A DNA stretch of 64,000 bases from Eledone cirrhosa. Taxonomy: Eukaryota. A program made the translations under genes and the position numbers. Numbering within the stretch: the stretch's first letter is position 1; each line of letters starts with the position of its first letter. Positions 63,770 through 64,000 of this stretch are shown here, in pieces. The DNA lies in the NCBI GenBank assembly GCA_964016885.1, contig OZ024757.1, forward strand, positions 7,502,001 to 7,566,000. Reading direction: 5' to 3'. The notes under the pieces were generated by a model, which saw nothing but the letters and a program-made list of their open reading frames with translations, ran no database searches and had not been told where the DNA came from.

Positions 63770-64000
63770 ATATATATATATATATCATCAACATCAGTGT
63801 TTTACGTCCGTTCTTCTATGCTAGCATGGGTTTGATGGGTTGTCCTGTTGTGGGCAGTGTCCGGTTGGCTGACCTTGTCTTGCTCATATGGGAACTGATT
63901 TTGGCTTGATTTCTACAGATGGATGCCCTTCCTAACACCAACCTTATTTACAGTGAGTGCTGGGTGCTTTTCTTCCGTGGTGCCTACATGTCCACTTTAT

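Larger units (their letters stand above)
59940..64000. repeat. Segmental duplication copy 2 (runs off the window end)
   Basis: See 41648-48233. Confidence 0.93.

Overview
AT-rich, microsatellite- and transposon-dense eukaryotic DNA. It is most likely from a coleoid cephalopod (Octopus-like); this is inferred from the (GAT)n-tailed RTE LINEs, tRNA-derived SINEs and effector-less tandem C2H2 zinc-finger genes. Only two host protein-coding regions are supported, both minus-strand C2H2-ZNF ORFs (2212-3045, ~10 fingers; 51526-53472, 22 fingers). Most other ORFs in the track are microsatellite or antisense artefacts or broken RTE fragments. The rest is RTE-clade LINE fragments, SINEs with clear TSDs, TTAA-flanked MITEs, two DD37D Tc1/mariner relics, a CRE-like LINE 3' end, minisatellites and a segmental duplication (41.6-48.2 kb vs 59.9-64 kb) that copies a putative ZNF promoter and 5'UTR exons. 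Features the ORF track does not show: (i) three unrelated minimal type-I hammerhead ribozyme motifs of the Penelope/retrozyme type, namely a solo copy (17079), a U3-A8 core variant mirrored in a ~277-bp palindrome (29571-29847) and a tandem dimer with 468-nt spacing (30869/31337); (ii) a ~2.6-kb inversion with a 460-bp inverted duplication covering the putative 3' splice site of the 22-finger ZNF coding exon; (iii) a fold-back carrying two histone-type stem-loops with no histone gene (40177-40796). Coordinates were read by eye and repeat boundaries are approximate.
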